From: an uncultured Bacteriovoracaceae bacterium
GTDB lineage: Bacteria; Bdellovibrionota; Bacteriovoracia; Bacteriovoracales; Bacteriovoracaceae
Length of the DNA: 64,000 bases
Reading direction: 5' to 3'
Assembly (NCBI GenBank): GCA_964423165.1
Contig: CAYRDP010000007.1
Coordinates: 283 to 64,282 of the forward strand
Below the pieces are notes generated by a model. That model was not told the DNA's origin. It was given only the letters and a program-made list of their open reading frames with translations, and ran no database searches. This document shows positions 1-9,080 of this stretch, one piece after another; the stretch's first letter is position 1; every line of letters starts with the position of its first letter. Made by a program: the position numbers and the translations under genes.

Positions 1-1763
1 GCTGAGTTATAGCTAGAGTTGCTTGGCATATAATCTGCGGAAGCTAAAGCACCACAGCTAACAGCAGGAAATTCTTGCCAGCCTGTCGAACAACTAGTGG
101 GGCCTAAGTTTAATTCTCCCTCTATGCTCCAATCAACCCATTCGTATGTATTGCCAGCAATATCCCAGATCTCTTCACTGGTAGAAAGAGTGTGCTTTGC
201 CTTGGTGTCTCTTCCAGTACCGAATTCAGGATCTGATCCGTCATATCCACAGTCATCATCTAGACCATTATTGCCTCTAAAAAGACAACCGCTGCCTACG
301 CTACCTCCAGACCAGTTATCATCCTGTTCTTCAACATTTCTAGCAATTGCCATCCATTCTGGATTTGAAATCAAAGCGTAGGTTCCGTCACTATTATCAT
401 CGCTATCAATATCAGCTCGCAGTGGTTCGGAATTAAGTGAGTCACATTCGCCCCACGCATCAGTTTGGCTTATACTTACCCATGGGGTGACTGCTGCCTG
501 AGAAGTAGCTACGCCACCAACATCTTTTGCTTCATATTCCATAACGCAAAAGTCGTCTGGCGCACCGACGGTAGTGTTACTGAGCACTCCTATATATCCT
601 GATGGGCAATATTCTTGGTCGCTTATATCGAGAGTTACACCACTAAGAGCATCAACCTCATTGGTTATCCTGGTAACTTCGGTAGGGGAAAGTTTATTGT
701 CATTAAGGTAAAGCTTCTCAAGACTCGTCAGTTCATCAAAAGCACCCTCAGGAAGGGTTACTAGTTGATTCCCATTTAGTTCAAGCTTTTGAAGACTACT
801 TAATCCATCAAAAACACCTTCAGGAAGAGCTGTGAGTTGGTTGTTGTCAAAAAGAAGATTTTCAAGGCTGTCTAATCCATCAAAGAGACTTGCTTCAATA
901 GTCAAGATTTGATTACCTTGAATCTGGAGAACAGTGAGACTGCTTAATCCATTAAAAGCACCTGTTTCAATAGTCGAGATTTGATCATAACCTAATAAAA
1001 GAAATTCAAGGCTAGCTAATTCATCAAAAATACCTGCCTCAATGGTTGTTAATTCGTTAGATACAAACTCAAGATTGGTAAGATTGGTTAATCCACTGAA
1101 ATCTCCATTTTTCAAAGAGGTAATCCCAAGCCCCCAGAAGGGTAAACTACCTATTCCCCCTAGGTCCTCAAGGGTAATGTCTTCACATGATTTATTATCC
1201 AACCCTGGTGCATTAAGTTTTCCTACAATCTTATCTCTTACTTGTTCTGTCCGATCGCACACTGGGAGGAAAGTAAGCACAGTAAAACTAATCCCCTCGG
1301 TGCAATCACTCGCTCCATTATTATCGTCTGTTCTTTTAGCGTAGAAAGTATGCTCTCCTCCAGATAAAGAATCTGTGGTTATATCAACTGTTTCTCCAAG
1401 GGCGGTTACACTTCCTATTTCACTAGTGCAAGACGTATCCAAATAAAGAGTTACGGTATCACCTATACTTACTCCTGTTACTTGAATCGTTGGAGTAGGG
1501 TTGTATGCGGGAGAAGTTAATCCATCTGCTAACGCTAAAGATGTTGGACTTGATAAAGTAACTGTAGAAGTGCTGTCATCTTCAACACTGTCATCTTCAT
1601 CACTGTCATTTTCATCACTGTCATCTTCATCACTGTCATCTTTGGTGCTCTCATCTTTAGCACTCGCTGTCTCCTGGTTTAGTTTTCTTGCTTTACTTTC
1701 AAGATTACAAGACGCAAGAGATAGTGATAAAAGTAAGATAAATATAGTACTCAGTCTGTTCAT
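1..1763 (-). CDS. Lipoprotein with acidic linker, leucine-rich repeats and FGE-sulfatase/C-type-lectin-like domain (partial, C-terminus off window)
   Basis: Own reverse-strand translation. ATG at 1763-1761 gives MNRLSTIFILLLSLSLASC (lipobox), a (DDSDE)n tract and about 7 LRRs (LxxLxLxxNxLxxLPxGxFDxL). It then reads PWVSISQTDAWGECDSL...YALISNPEWMAIARN...IWDIAGNTYEWV, which resembles FGE-sulfatase motifs. The frame stays open to position 1. It is missing from the ORF track because it runs off the edge. Confidence 0.75.
   Translation of the reverse strand, partial: MNRLSTIFILLLSLSLASCNLESKARKLNQETASAKDESTKDDSDEDDSDENDSDEDDSVEDDSTSTVTLSSPTSLALADGLTSPAYNPTPTIQVTGVSIGDTVTLYLDTSCTSEIGSVTALGETVDITTDSLSGGEHTFYAKRTDDNNGASDCTEGISFTVLTFLPVCDRTEQVRDKIVGKLNAPGLDNKSCEDITLEDLGGIGSLPFWGLGITSLKNGDFSGLTNLTNLEFVSNELTTIEAGIFDELASLEFLLLGYDQISTIETGAFNGLSSLTVLQIQGNQILTIEASLFDGLDSLENLLFDNNQLTALPEGVFDGLSSLQKLELNGNQLVTLPEGAFDELTSLEKLYLNDNKLSPTEVTRITNEVDALSGVTLDISDQEYCPSGYIGVLSNTTVGAPDDFCVMEYEAKDVGGVATSQAAVTPWVSISQTDAWGECDSLNSEPLRADIDSDDNSDGTYALISNPEWMAIARNVEEQDDNWSGGSVGSGCLFRGNNGLDDDCGYDGSDPEFGTGRDTKAKHTLSTSEEIWDIAGNTYEWVDWSIEGELNLGPTSCSTGWQEFPAVSCGALASADYMPSNSSYNS
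1573..1647. repeat. 15-bp tandem repeat, about 5 copies, in-frame inside CDS 1-1763
   Basis: Read directly: ctgtcatcttcaaca / ctgtcatcttcatca / ctgtcattttcatca / ctgtcatcttcatca / ctgtcatctttggtg. On the coding (minus) strand this encodes the acidic DDSDE-type linker after the lipobox. Confidence 0.8.
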
Positions 1764-2083
1764 TGCCTGTTCCGTAATCATGTATTTTAATAGCTTCAGT
1801 ACCGATAGTTTCTTTCGGTTGAAATCTGTAAAGAATTTAGGTGTAGAAATATGGTGCTGGAACTACATAATTTTAGCTTAATCAAATTCAACAACAATAT
1901 CTGGCAATTAAGATATCGCAGGTAAGACACAGTTTTAATCCTTCTTATTCATATCTGACTTATCCATAGATTTCAGACGGTTGTACTAGTCATAAATCAT
2001 TCCTTAAACCACTAACTTAATCTGCTGAATATGCCGTAAACTAGAACTTGTAGGTTTGTGTATTTATAAAGGGTTATCTTGCA

Positions 2084-5000
2084 ATGAAGATTGTTTCTTT
2101 ATTCATGTTGCTGTTCGCTCTTGTGGGGTGTGAGTTCCTTACAGGGACAGGGGGTGATGGGGGAAATGAAGAAGAACTTAAGGTTGTTGATAAAAATAAA
2201 CCACCAGGTGGTCAGCAACATGGAGAAAATAATTTAGTCACAGTAAGTTGTACGGTTATTGATCAATATCAAGCTACAAGAATGTGCAACGAAGAGCAAA
2301 TAGAAGAGAGTTTAACGGAAGAGTTCCAAAATAAATGTAATCTTTCTGGCGGTAAGTTCAAGCTAGATGTATGCGGACAGAACTGTGTTTATTTAACTGA
2401 TGATATTATTTTAGAAATAACAGGTGAGGTAGATTGGGCCACACAGCCAGAAGGAAGCTGTTCTCTTGATTTAGAAAGTTGTGGATCTGACCCATGTATG
2501 TTTGGGTGCAGTACTACAGAAAGACGCAACTGGAGTGAATGTAGGTCTGGGAAGATCTCAGATAATGAGCGGTGTTTGGACCAACAAGAAAAAGAAAGAC
2601 TTTCGAGAGTTTCCATTAATGTAGAAATTGCAATTGACCATTACTTGGGAGGCTTTCCCCAATGTACGGATGAAGTAGATACTGGGGTAGATGAAGAATT
2701 ACAAAAAGAAATTGTCTTTGTTTCTGTCTGTGAGAGATCTAGTTTTATTAAAGATTATCTTCAAGTTAACTTAAATAAAGTATGTGAAGCAATTACAGAA
2801 GAGCACTTACTAACTATTACAAACTTAAACCTTAGCAATCAAAACATTTCAAGTTTAACATCTAACGACTTTAATAAACTCTTTAAACTAGAAACTCTTA
2901 ATTTAAGCGGGAATGATATAACGACGCTGCCAGAAGACTTATTTAAAGGGCTTTACACCCTCAGCAATCTAAATCTTTCAGGAAATAATATTTCCAGTAT
3001 TGCAGCAGGTACATTTAATAAATTAGACCTAGGACAGCTTGATCTTAGCAACAACCAGATCAATAATCTTGCGGTAAACTCCTTCAATGGGCTCAGCGTT
3101 AGTACTCTAAGCCTTGTGAATAATCAAATAGGGTCTCTAGTTGCCAACACTTTTAATGGACTCAGTGTTAGTACCCTTATTTTAAATAATAGTCAGATCA
3201 ACTCGGTTGCTGCAGGTACCTTTACCGGAGTGACTGGTCTTGCTTCCCTGGACTTGAGTGACAACGAGATAACAACTCTTCCAGGTAATTTACTAGAAGG
3301 TCTTACTGATCTAACCAGTTTCAATATTCAAGACAATCAGCTAGAAACAGTTCCTACGGACTTCTTTAATGGAACCATCCCTTCTGGAAATCTATATTCT
3401 AATCTTGTATCTATAAGTTTAAAAAGTAATCCATTTGTAAGTATACCTTCTGGAATATTTTCTAAGCTTGGTTTTCTTGGTAGTAATATTTCACTTGCTT
3501 GGAATCAGTTAGCAACAAGTGACAAACAAACATTGAAGGAGGCAGTTGATAATCTGGCGCTTGGGTTTTCAGTAACCGAACTAGACTTAGCTATGGTTTG
3601 CGGGCGTACAGGGGGGGTTAAACTGGCAATAGAGAGAGCTACAGGCAAGAACTGTCTAGATGTAACTCCAGAGAACTTGATCGGTATAAATAGTTTGGAT
3701 GTTTCAGATCGAGATATTGTCTTTTTTCAAGACGGAGATTTTGATGGAATTACTAACCTTAACACACTTGACCTTAGAGATAATTCTTTAATGGAACTTT
3801 TTTCTGGCTTTTTTGATGGTTTTGCAAGTCTTGCAACTGTCTATTTATCAGGAATTAATATGGGCATAGAAGAAAGGCAGATGGTTAAAGCAGAGCTTCA
3901 AACCCTTGGAGTGAATCTTGTCGGAACATCATTAGATGTGGCCAATGTTTGTAGTAGAACAGAACAGGTAAGTAATGCTATTTTATCGTGGGTCAGCAAG
4001 TCTTGTGAAGATATTTTGCCTGCAGACCTTGAAGCAATATGGAAGCTAGAGCTTCAAAACAAAAATATTACCTCACTCAAGGAAGGGGATTTTGATGGAT
4101 TGATCAGTGTACGTATACTTTATCTCCACGTTAATCAAATAACATCTCTACCTGATGGAATTTTTAGTGATTTAGTTAGTGTACAAAATCTTTATTTATC
4201 TGGTAATGATCTGGGATTTATTCCTGAAGGTATTTTTGATAACCTGATTGCTCTTCATACACTCAAGCTTGATGGTAATAACTTATCAGCACTCCCTGAC
4301 TCTGTTTTAGAAAACTTAATAAACCTTAATGAACTTTATCTCCAATTTAATCAAATAACATCTCTACCAGATGATTTATTTGAAGGTTTAATCAATCTTT
4401 CAAGCATTATACTGGCCGGAAATCAACTAACGTCTTTACCAGTGGGTATTTTTGATGGACTCTCTAGCCTTTGGATAATAAACCTCTCAGGTAACCTGTT
4501 AACGAATCTTTCAGATGATACTTTTGAGGAAAATGCTAATATTCTGACGATTGATCTTGAGAATAATAAAATAACAACGATTGAAGCAAATACCTTTAGC
4601 GGACTAACTGTTGAAACTCTTAGACTTAACAATAATAAAATAGAAACAGTTGAAGCAAATGCTTTTAATGGATTAACCGTTGGCAATCTATATCTTTTCT
4701 CAAATGAGTTAACAACGATTGAAACAGGTGCTTTCAATGGGCTAGGTGTTAAAAACCTTATGTTGAATGGTAATGAGATAGGGGTTATCGAGAATGAAGC
4801 CTTTAGCGGCATAAGCGATGATCTTTGGGCGCTCAGCCTTAATAACAATCAATTGACGTCACTTCCTGCAAATATTTTTGGTGATTTGGGCAACATTGAA
4901 TATCTTCATCTTGATAACAATCAATTACTTGAATTACCAGAAGGTATCTTTGATGGGCTGCCTAGTCTTTCACTTATTTTCCTTTCGTACAATCAACTAA

Positions 5001-5311
5001 CTTCTATTCCGGTTGGTATTTTCGATGGGCTAGTTATTCGTGATCTACATCTTGTAGGGAATAATTTAACATCTCTTCCTGATGGGGTACTAAATGGACT
5101 AAGTTTTAGTAATGGTGACCTAAGGTTAAATGATAATCAGTTAACATCCTTACCTGTTGGGATTTTTGATGAGATTACTGGCCTTAACCGTCTTTTCCTT
5201 GGCGATAATAATTTTAGTAGTGAGGAAAAAGATAGAATAAAAGCAGAGGTTAGAAATCTATCTAATCTTCCCAATTTGTCTACGTGGGGGGATGGTGAGT
5301 ATGATCTCTGA
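2084..5311 (+). CDS. Large leucine-rich-repeat surface lipoprotein (1075 aa)
   Basis: MKIVSLFMLLFALVGC is a lipoprotein signal with lipobox. Dozens of LRRs (LxxLxLxxNxIxxLPxGxFxGL) form three cassettes. Each cassette opens with a Cys-capped motif (SVCERS.., MVCGRTGGV.., NVCSRTEQV..). Confidence 0.85.
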   Translation: MKIVSLFMLLFALVGCEFLTGTGGDGGNEEELKVVDKNKPPGGQQHGENNLVTVSCTVIDQYQATRMCNEEQIEESLTEEFQNKCNLSGGKFKLDVCGQNCVYLTDDIILEITGEVDWATQPEGSCSLDLESCGSDPCMFGCSTTERRNWSECRSGKISDNERCLDQQEKERLSRVSINVEIAIDHYLGGFPQCTDEVDTGVDEELQKEIVFVSVCERSSFIKDYLQVNLNKVCEAITEEHLLTITNLNLSNQNISSLTSNDFNKLFKLETLNLSGNDITTLPEDLFKGLYTLSNLNLSGNNISSIAAGTFNKLDLGQLDLSNNQINNLAVNSFNGLSVSTLSLVNNQIGSLVANTFNGLSVSTLILNNSQINSVAAGTFTGVTGLASLDLSDNEITTLPGNLLEGLTDLTSFNIQDNQLETVPTDFFNGTIPSGNLYSNLVSISLKSNPFVSIPSGIFSKLGFLGSNISLAWNQLATSDKQTLKEAVDNLALGFSVTELDLAMVCGRTGGVKLAIERATGKNCLDVTPENLIGINSLDVSDRDIVFFQDGDFDGITNLNTLDLRDNSLMELFSGFFDGFASLATVYLSGINMGIEERQMVKAELQTLGVNLVGTSLDVANVCSRTEQVSNAILSWVSKSCEDILPADLEAIWKLELQNKNITSLKEGDFDGLISVRILYLHVNQITSLPDGIFSDLVSVQNLYLSGNDLGFIPEGIFDNLIALHTLKLDGNNLSALPDSVLENLINLNELYLQFNQITSLPDDLFEGLINLSSIILAGNQLTSLPVGIFDGLSSLWIINLSGNLLTNLSDDTFEENANILTIDLENNKITTIEANTFSGLTVETLRLNNNKIETVEANAFNGLTVGNLYLFSNELTTIETGAFNGLGVKNLMLNGNEIGVIENEAFSGISDDLWALSLNNNQLTSLPANIFGDLGNIEYLHLDNNQLLELPEGIFDGLPSLSLIFLSYNQLTSIPVGIFDGLVIRDLHLVGNNLTSLPDGVLNGLSFSNGDLRLNDNQLTSLPVGIFDEITGLNRLFLGDNNFSSEEKDRIKAEVRNLSNLPNLSTWGDGEYDL

Positions 5312-5497
5312 AGGCTTGTTAGATATCGTTTTATTTGCAGCAAGATAAAGCTGCCAACCACACACAAATCCAGATTAAATCTTGTACGTAATCTGTACGT
5401 AATGCTTTCCTATATCCTAGTATAAATGAGTATGTACGAGTATGTGAGCTTTGCTGTAAGTGTTTAAAAGCATAGGTAATTCACTGTTATTGCTAAT

Positions 5498-5549
5498 GCG
5501 GGTTCGATTCCCACCACCTCCACCATCGAACTCTTGTTTTCGATGGTGG
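5498..5549 (+). other. Orphan tRNA-Ala/tmRNA-like 3' end (T-arm, acceptor 3' strand, CCA) plus hairpin; no 5' half present
   Basis: gcgGGTTCGATTCCCaccacctccACCA at 5498-5525 has a T-loop consensus, acceptor strand CACCTCC, discriminator A and CCA. That strand would pair with GGGGGUG and give a G3:U70 alanine/tmRNA-type pair. The T-stem has one mismatch. I saw no matching 5' acceptor strand upstream, where the space is LRR CDS. A perfect 11-bp inverted repeat ccaccatcgaa/ttcgatggtgg lies at 5520-5530/5539-5549. Confidence 0.55.
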
Positions 5550-5741
5550 CCCCCTAAGTTTATGGATAACATTTTTAAATCATTGAAAGAATTCTCAAGC
5601 AGTTAGCATCAAGGTTAGCGGCTTCATCACTCCCGACATGTCACGAAGTGACACTCGTTGGCTAGGTTTGGCTTTATTTTGGCTAAGTGATTTTTTTAGC
5701 AACAATCTCTTGGCCTACATAGTGTAGTCAACCATTTAACC

Positions 5742-6149
5742 ATGTTTCATTGTCCAAAGAGCATCTTTACACTTTTAAAGGAGGCTGTTTTGGAAAAAAC
5801 AAAAAAACGTAAAAGAAGAAGTGATTCTAAGGTGATTACGAAGGAAGCACAGGTATTAAGGTTTATGAGAAAGTCTAAAAACCTATCAATGAGAAGTGCA
5901 GCACTTATCATTAATAAGTCAGATACTTTAATTTCTCATACTGAACATGGAAGAATTGATCTTCATAGCAAATTGATAGAAAGGCTTGTAACAGCTTATG
6001 GCTATACAATGGAAGACTTTAGTTTGTTTATGGTTTCAGATGAGACTCTATTTGTTGATTACAAGGAAGATTTGATTAACTTTATTCACAAAATGGATGA
6101 TGCACAAATCATGAAGGCCTTTAATCTTCTCAAAGCAATGATTAAGTAA
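5742..6149 (+). CDS. Putative XRE-type helix-turn-helix regulator
   Basis: LRFMRKSKNLSMRSAALIINKSDTLISHTEHGR fits the XRE/Cro HTH pattern. The N-terminus is basic. Confidence 0.45.
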   Translation: MFHCPKSIFTLLKEAVLEKTKKRKRRSDSKVITKEAQVLRFMRKSKNLSMRSAALIINKSDTLISHTEHGRIDLHSKLIERLVTAYGYTMEDFSLFMVSDETLFVDYKEDLINFIHKMDDAQIMKAFNLLKAMIK

Positions 6150-6172
6150 TTTAAAAACAAGGATAGTTAACA

Positions 6173-6535
6173 ATGAAAAAACAAAATGAAACAAATAAAA
6201 ACAAAAATACTAACTTTTCTTCTTTAAGAGTGAAAAAGGGAACTAAGGACAATGCCTTAAAAATCCTAGAGACAATCAACAAAAAGGACTTAGGCCGTAA
6301 AGTGTCTATAGATGATCTTGTCACAAAAGCTTTAGAGAATGTGACAAAAGAGGATATTGAATTGTTACAAAGGAAATCTCTACGAAATAAAGATCGTCAG
6401 GCGATAGTTCATCAATTTTACTGCAAAAAGGTGAAAAAAGTCTCTGAAGATGAGTTTATTGGAATCACCATGTTATCTGATTATTTCGACTTCTTAGAGA
6501 AAAACAAAGCAGACCTCCAGAATTTGGGGATTTAA
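6173..6535 (+). CDS. Hypothetical protein; stop codon lies in the first bases of the IS66 inverted repeat
   Basis: ORF track. No family recognised. TAA at 6533-6535 overlaps the IS terminal repeat. Confidence 0.4.
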   Translation: MKKQNETNKNKNTNFSSLRVKKGTKDNALKILETINKKDLGRKVSIDDLVTKALENVTKEDIELLQRKSLRNKDRQAIVHQFYCKKVKKVSEDEFIGITMLSDYFDFLEKNKADLQNLGI

Positions 6536-6580
6536 GCGTGTGCTTCCGATAAGCTGGCCTAAAAAAGAAAGAAGGATAGG

Positions 6581-8167
6581 TTATCCTGGAAGATTGGCTT
6601 CGTAATTCCAGGGCAACCACTGTTCTGGAGAAGCTTTCACCCAGCTCGCATTTTCGTGAAGCGCCAGTAGGTATCGCTGAGGGTTTTTCCCCGCGCTTTT
6701 GCAGGTCTCGATTAAGCTCATCATCACGTCTCCCACCAGAGCACCAAACTGTGTCTTGTAGAAATAGGAGTTTTTACGGTTCAAAATGGGGGTCTTTAAC
6801 AAGCGTTCCACAATGTTATTACAGAGGGGAACTCCCGGAATTCTCAAGAAGAGGGTTAGCTCCTTGAAGTGCTTAAAGAAGTATTTTAGCGCATCTCCAA
6901 GTTCCTCGTTGGGTTCTATCTTTTTTAGATAGAGATTTTTCAACCCCCAACGTCTAAGCTTATCTATTACTGGACCTGACTTCTTTTGGTGGTATCGAAG
7001 CCTTTCCTCTGGGGATAGACCGCGCTCATCAGCTATTGCATCGTAATGGTAAATCTTCCTAAAGAGAGAAAGAACATATCCAACCATCTTAGGGTACTCC
7101 TTTCGGTAATCATAAAAATACCTCCTAGCGTGAGTCATGCAATTTGCCCACAGAACTGCCACCTTTTTTGGGAGGTTCCAAGAGAGGGCATCGCTCATGA
7201 TAACCGCCTTTGTCTCCCTAGCACGGCATTGAAGAATTTTATCCAGATTTTCTCCTGCATAATGATTTCCGGTAAAAAAGAGGTTGAATATTCGTTTACC
7301 CGCCTTGCTGACTATGCCCGTTGTATAGATTCCTGTTCGCTTTGCTTTCTCCTCCCTCAGCTGGTGCTGGAGTTCCAGTATTTTATTCCCAGTATCGTCA
7401 CCATGAAGGATGTCCCCATCTGCTGCTAGAGAAATGCATCTCTCAAAAACTGGGTATACTGACTCAAGCAGCACCTCACAGCGGTCCCATTGAGTACTCG
7501 CTGGTATCGGGATTCCTAAACCATTTTGCCATTTGCCAGTTCGATAAAAAGGAAGTCCTAATGCGTATTTTTGAGTGGCAATCGCTACATCGGCTGATGG
7601 ATGGTATTTACGGCGATACTCCGGTGGGAGATAGGCCTCAAAGTAATGGCCACAGGCATTGCATCGCAGTTTCTCTGTCTCGTGAACTGTGGCCTGTATT
7701 GGCGATTCCCCCGTAAATTGAATATGGGTCCCCGGTGCCACTGGATACAACTTTCCAATAGAACACTCTGGACACTTATCGCCTTTATTAACTCCTTCTA
7801 GTTTGTGACTGAGCCTCTTCGCTCCTGGCAGATCCTTCTCGCCATTGCGCCCCTGTCCCAGGTTTTTACCGCCCTTTCCTTTTCCGTGGCGATTACCGCT
7901 CTCCGCTGGCGGCCTGGGGTCCTCGTCATCACTATTCTTATCCTTGGGTGACTTTTCGGTCTTGAAGCTAAAGAGGCGTCTCAGCTTATTCAAGGATAAT
8001 TTCTTAGCGCGGTACATTTGAGCAAGCCAATAGTAGGTATCTAGGATTGTTAGGACTATCTTCTTCTCTGAGTCATTGAGGTTTGTATCTTTAATTTTGG
8101 TCTTTAGCTGCTCAAGTTCTTGATCACTGACGCTGATGACATCTGGTTTTTTGTCTTGTTTTTTCAC
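6581..8167 (-). CDS. tnpC: IS66 family transposase TnpC
   Basis: 528 aa with a Cys-rich zinc-finger-like CPECSIGKL...CNACGH segment, then a long DDE-type region typical of IS66 TnpC. It lies downstream of tnpA/tnpB. Confidence 0.85.
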   Translation of the reverse strand: MKKQDKKPDVISVSDQELEQLKTKIKDTNLNDSEKKIVLTILDTYYWLAQMYRAKKLSLNKLRRLFSFKTEKSPKDKNSDDEDPRPPAESGNRHGKGKGGKNLGQGRNGEKDLPGAKRLSHKLEGVNKGDKCPECSIGKLYPVAPGTHIQFTGESPIQATVHETEKLRCNACGHYFEAYLPPEYRRKYHPSADVAIATQKYALGLPFYRTGKWQNGLGIPIPASTQWDRCEVLLESVYPVFERCISLAADGDILHGDDTGNKILELQHQLREEKAKRTGIYTTGIVSKAGKRIFNLFFTGNHYAGENLDKILQCRARETKAVIMSDALSWNLPKKVAVLWANCMTHARRYFYDYRKEYPKMVGYVLSLFRKIYHYDAIADERGLSPEERLRYHQKKSGPVIDKLRRWGLKNLYLKKIEPNEELGDALKYFFKHFKELTLFLRIPGVPLCNNIVERLLKTPILNRKNSYFYKTQFGALVGDVMMSLIETCKSAGKNPQRYLLALHENASWVKASPEQWLPWNYEANLPG

Positions 8168-8219
8168 AAGACCAATAATGCCATCATTGGCATCTATGGC
8201 CTAGACCGACAGCAATATA

Positions 8220-8564
8220 TTAGTAGAGTTTTTTCCAGTCTTCGCTAAAGGTGACGTCGGTGGCGGCATTGATAATGAGTTGAAGTTTGCGGTAGTCGAG
8301 ATCTGTACCGGCCCCGACTCCCTCTGGCCACCAGGGGAACTTCCCCTTAGAAAGCCTCTTCATCATTAACCAGAACCCCTGGCCATCATAGACGAGGATT
8401 TTTATCGAGGCCTTGCGCTTATTCCGAAAAATGAAAAATATCCCCGAGTCAGGGTTCTTTTTTAGCAGTTCTCGACATATACGCTTTAGGCCAAGAATCC
8501 CATTTCGAAAGTCAACTGGCTCGATAGCAACAAAGACTTTGGATTGAGAGTTTAGAAGGATCAC
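8220..8564 (-). CDS. tnpB: IS66 Orf2-like accessory protein TnpB
   Basis: VFVAIEPVDFRNGILGLKRICRELL...ILVYDGQGFWLMMKRLSKGKFPWWP is the conserved IS66 Orf2 signature. A 4-nt ATGA overlap joins it to the upstream orf1. Confidence 0.85.
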   Translation of the reverse strand: MILLNSQSKVFVAIEPVDFRNGILGLKRICRELLKKNPDSGIFFIFRNKRKASIKILVYDGQGFWLMMKRLSKGKFPWWPEGVGAGTDLDYRKLQLIINAATDVTFSEDWKKLY

Positions 8565-8881
8565 AGGTCAATACTCAGGGTTATATTGTTGGGGAGTTGC
8601 AATATAATCTGCTTTTTGCTGAAGGCCATCTCTGGCACTTGAATGACAGAAATAGATTTACTTGTCTTTTTCCCCTCCTTGGGTGCCTTCTTTTGGGAAT
8701 TCTTCATTCTGCGAATAAGGTTACCCTTATTTATACTGAGTTCGGAGGCAATGGTCTCAGGAGATAGCTCTCGCGAGAGAGAGACTGCCTTCTCCCAAAA
8801 CTCCTTTGGGTACTTTTTTGTTCGCGGGTGCCTGGCCCTATGGTCAGCGAGAATTTTCTTGAGTGAGGTAAGTTCGTCCAT
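8561..8881 (-). CDS. tnpA: IS66 Orf1-like protein TnpA (HTH)
   Basis: Its position and size are typical for IS66 orf1, and ELSINKGNLIRRMK is an HTH-like segment. Confidence 0.7.
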   Translation of the reverse strand: MDELTSLKKILADHRARHPRTKKYPKEFWEKAVSLSRELSPETIASELSINKGNLIRRMKNSQKKAPKEGKKTSKSISVIQVPEMAFSKKQIILQLPNNITLSIDL

Positions 8882-9080
8882 AGATACTCCATTTTGGACG
8901 AGGATACCAGCTGGGATTAGGGATGGTTAAGCTTGCTTATCGAAAGGACACATTTAAGCTATAAAATGTCACTTTTCTGGGTGAAAATGTAAAAAGAGGA
9001 AGTTCACGGATGAATAAAATAAAAAAGCTAGTAGGGCTTTTCCTCTTTCTTTGTAATTCCCTCAAATATTTTCAAAGTTA

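Larger units (their letters stand above)
6532..8957 (-). mobile_element. IS66-family insertion sequence (about 2.4 kb) with imperfect terminal inverted repeats
   Basis: It carries the three-gene IS66 layout (orf1/tnpA, orf2/tnpB, tnpC). The ends are ttaagcgtgtgcttccgataagc (6532-) and the reverse complement of 8957- (ttaaatgtgtcctttcgataagc), matching at about 22 of 29 positions. They resemble the GTAAGCG-type IS66 termini. The element is visibly GC-richer than its flanks. No 8-bp target duplication was found. Confidence 0.8.

Noticed and set aside
97-1881. Three plus-strand ORFs (97-381, 1042-1344, 1501-1881)
   Set aside because: They are low-complexity Ser/Leu/Pro-rich translations that shadow the long minus-strand LRR/CLec lipoprotein ORF (1-1763), which has a lipobox and clear domain motifs.
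5150-5525. A full-length tmRNA or tRNA-Ala gene ending at 5525
   Set aside because: I saw no 5' acceptor strand (GGGGGTG/GGAGGTG) at the required distance. The upstream space is the end of the LRR CDS and unstructured AT-rich DNA, and the T-stem has a mismatch. I report it only as an orphan 3' fragment.
6173-6535. IS66 insertion truncating ORF 6173-6535
   Set aside because: Joining the flanks without the IS gives ...LG-M-L-stop, so the ORF would end two codons later anyway. There is no meaningful truncation and no target duplication to prove a simple insertion.
7046-7801. Plus-strand ORFs inside the IS66 transposase gene, and similar antisense ORFs elsewhere (for example 8643-8930, 26313-26816, 9010-9294, 4423-4848)
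   Set aside because: They lie antisense to CDSs with strong family signatures and have no motifs of their own. They are typical shadow ORFs.
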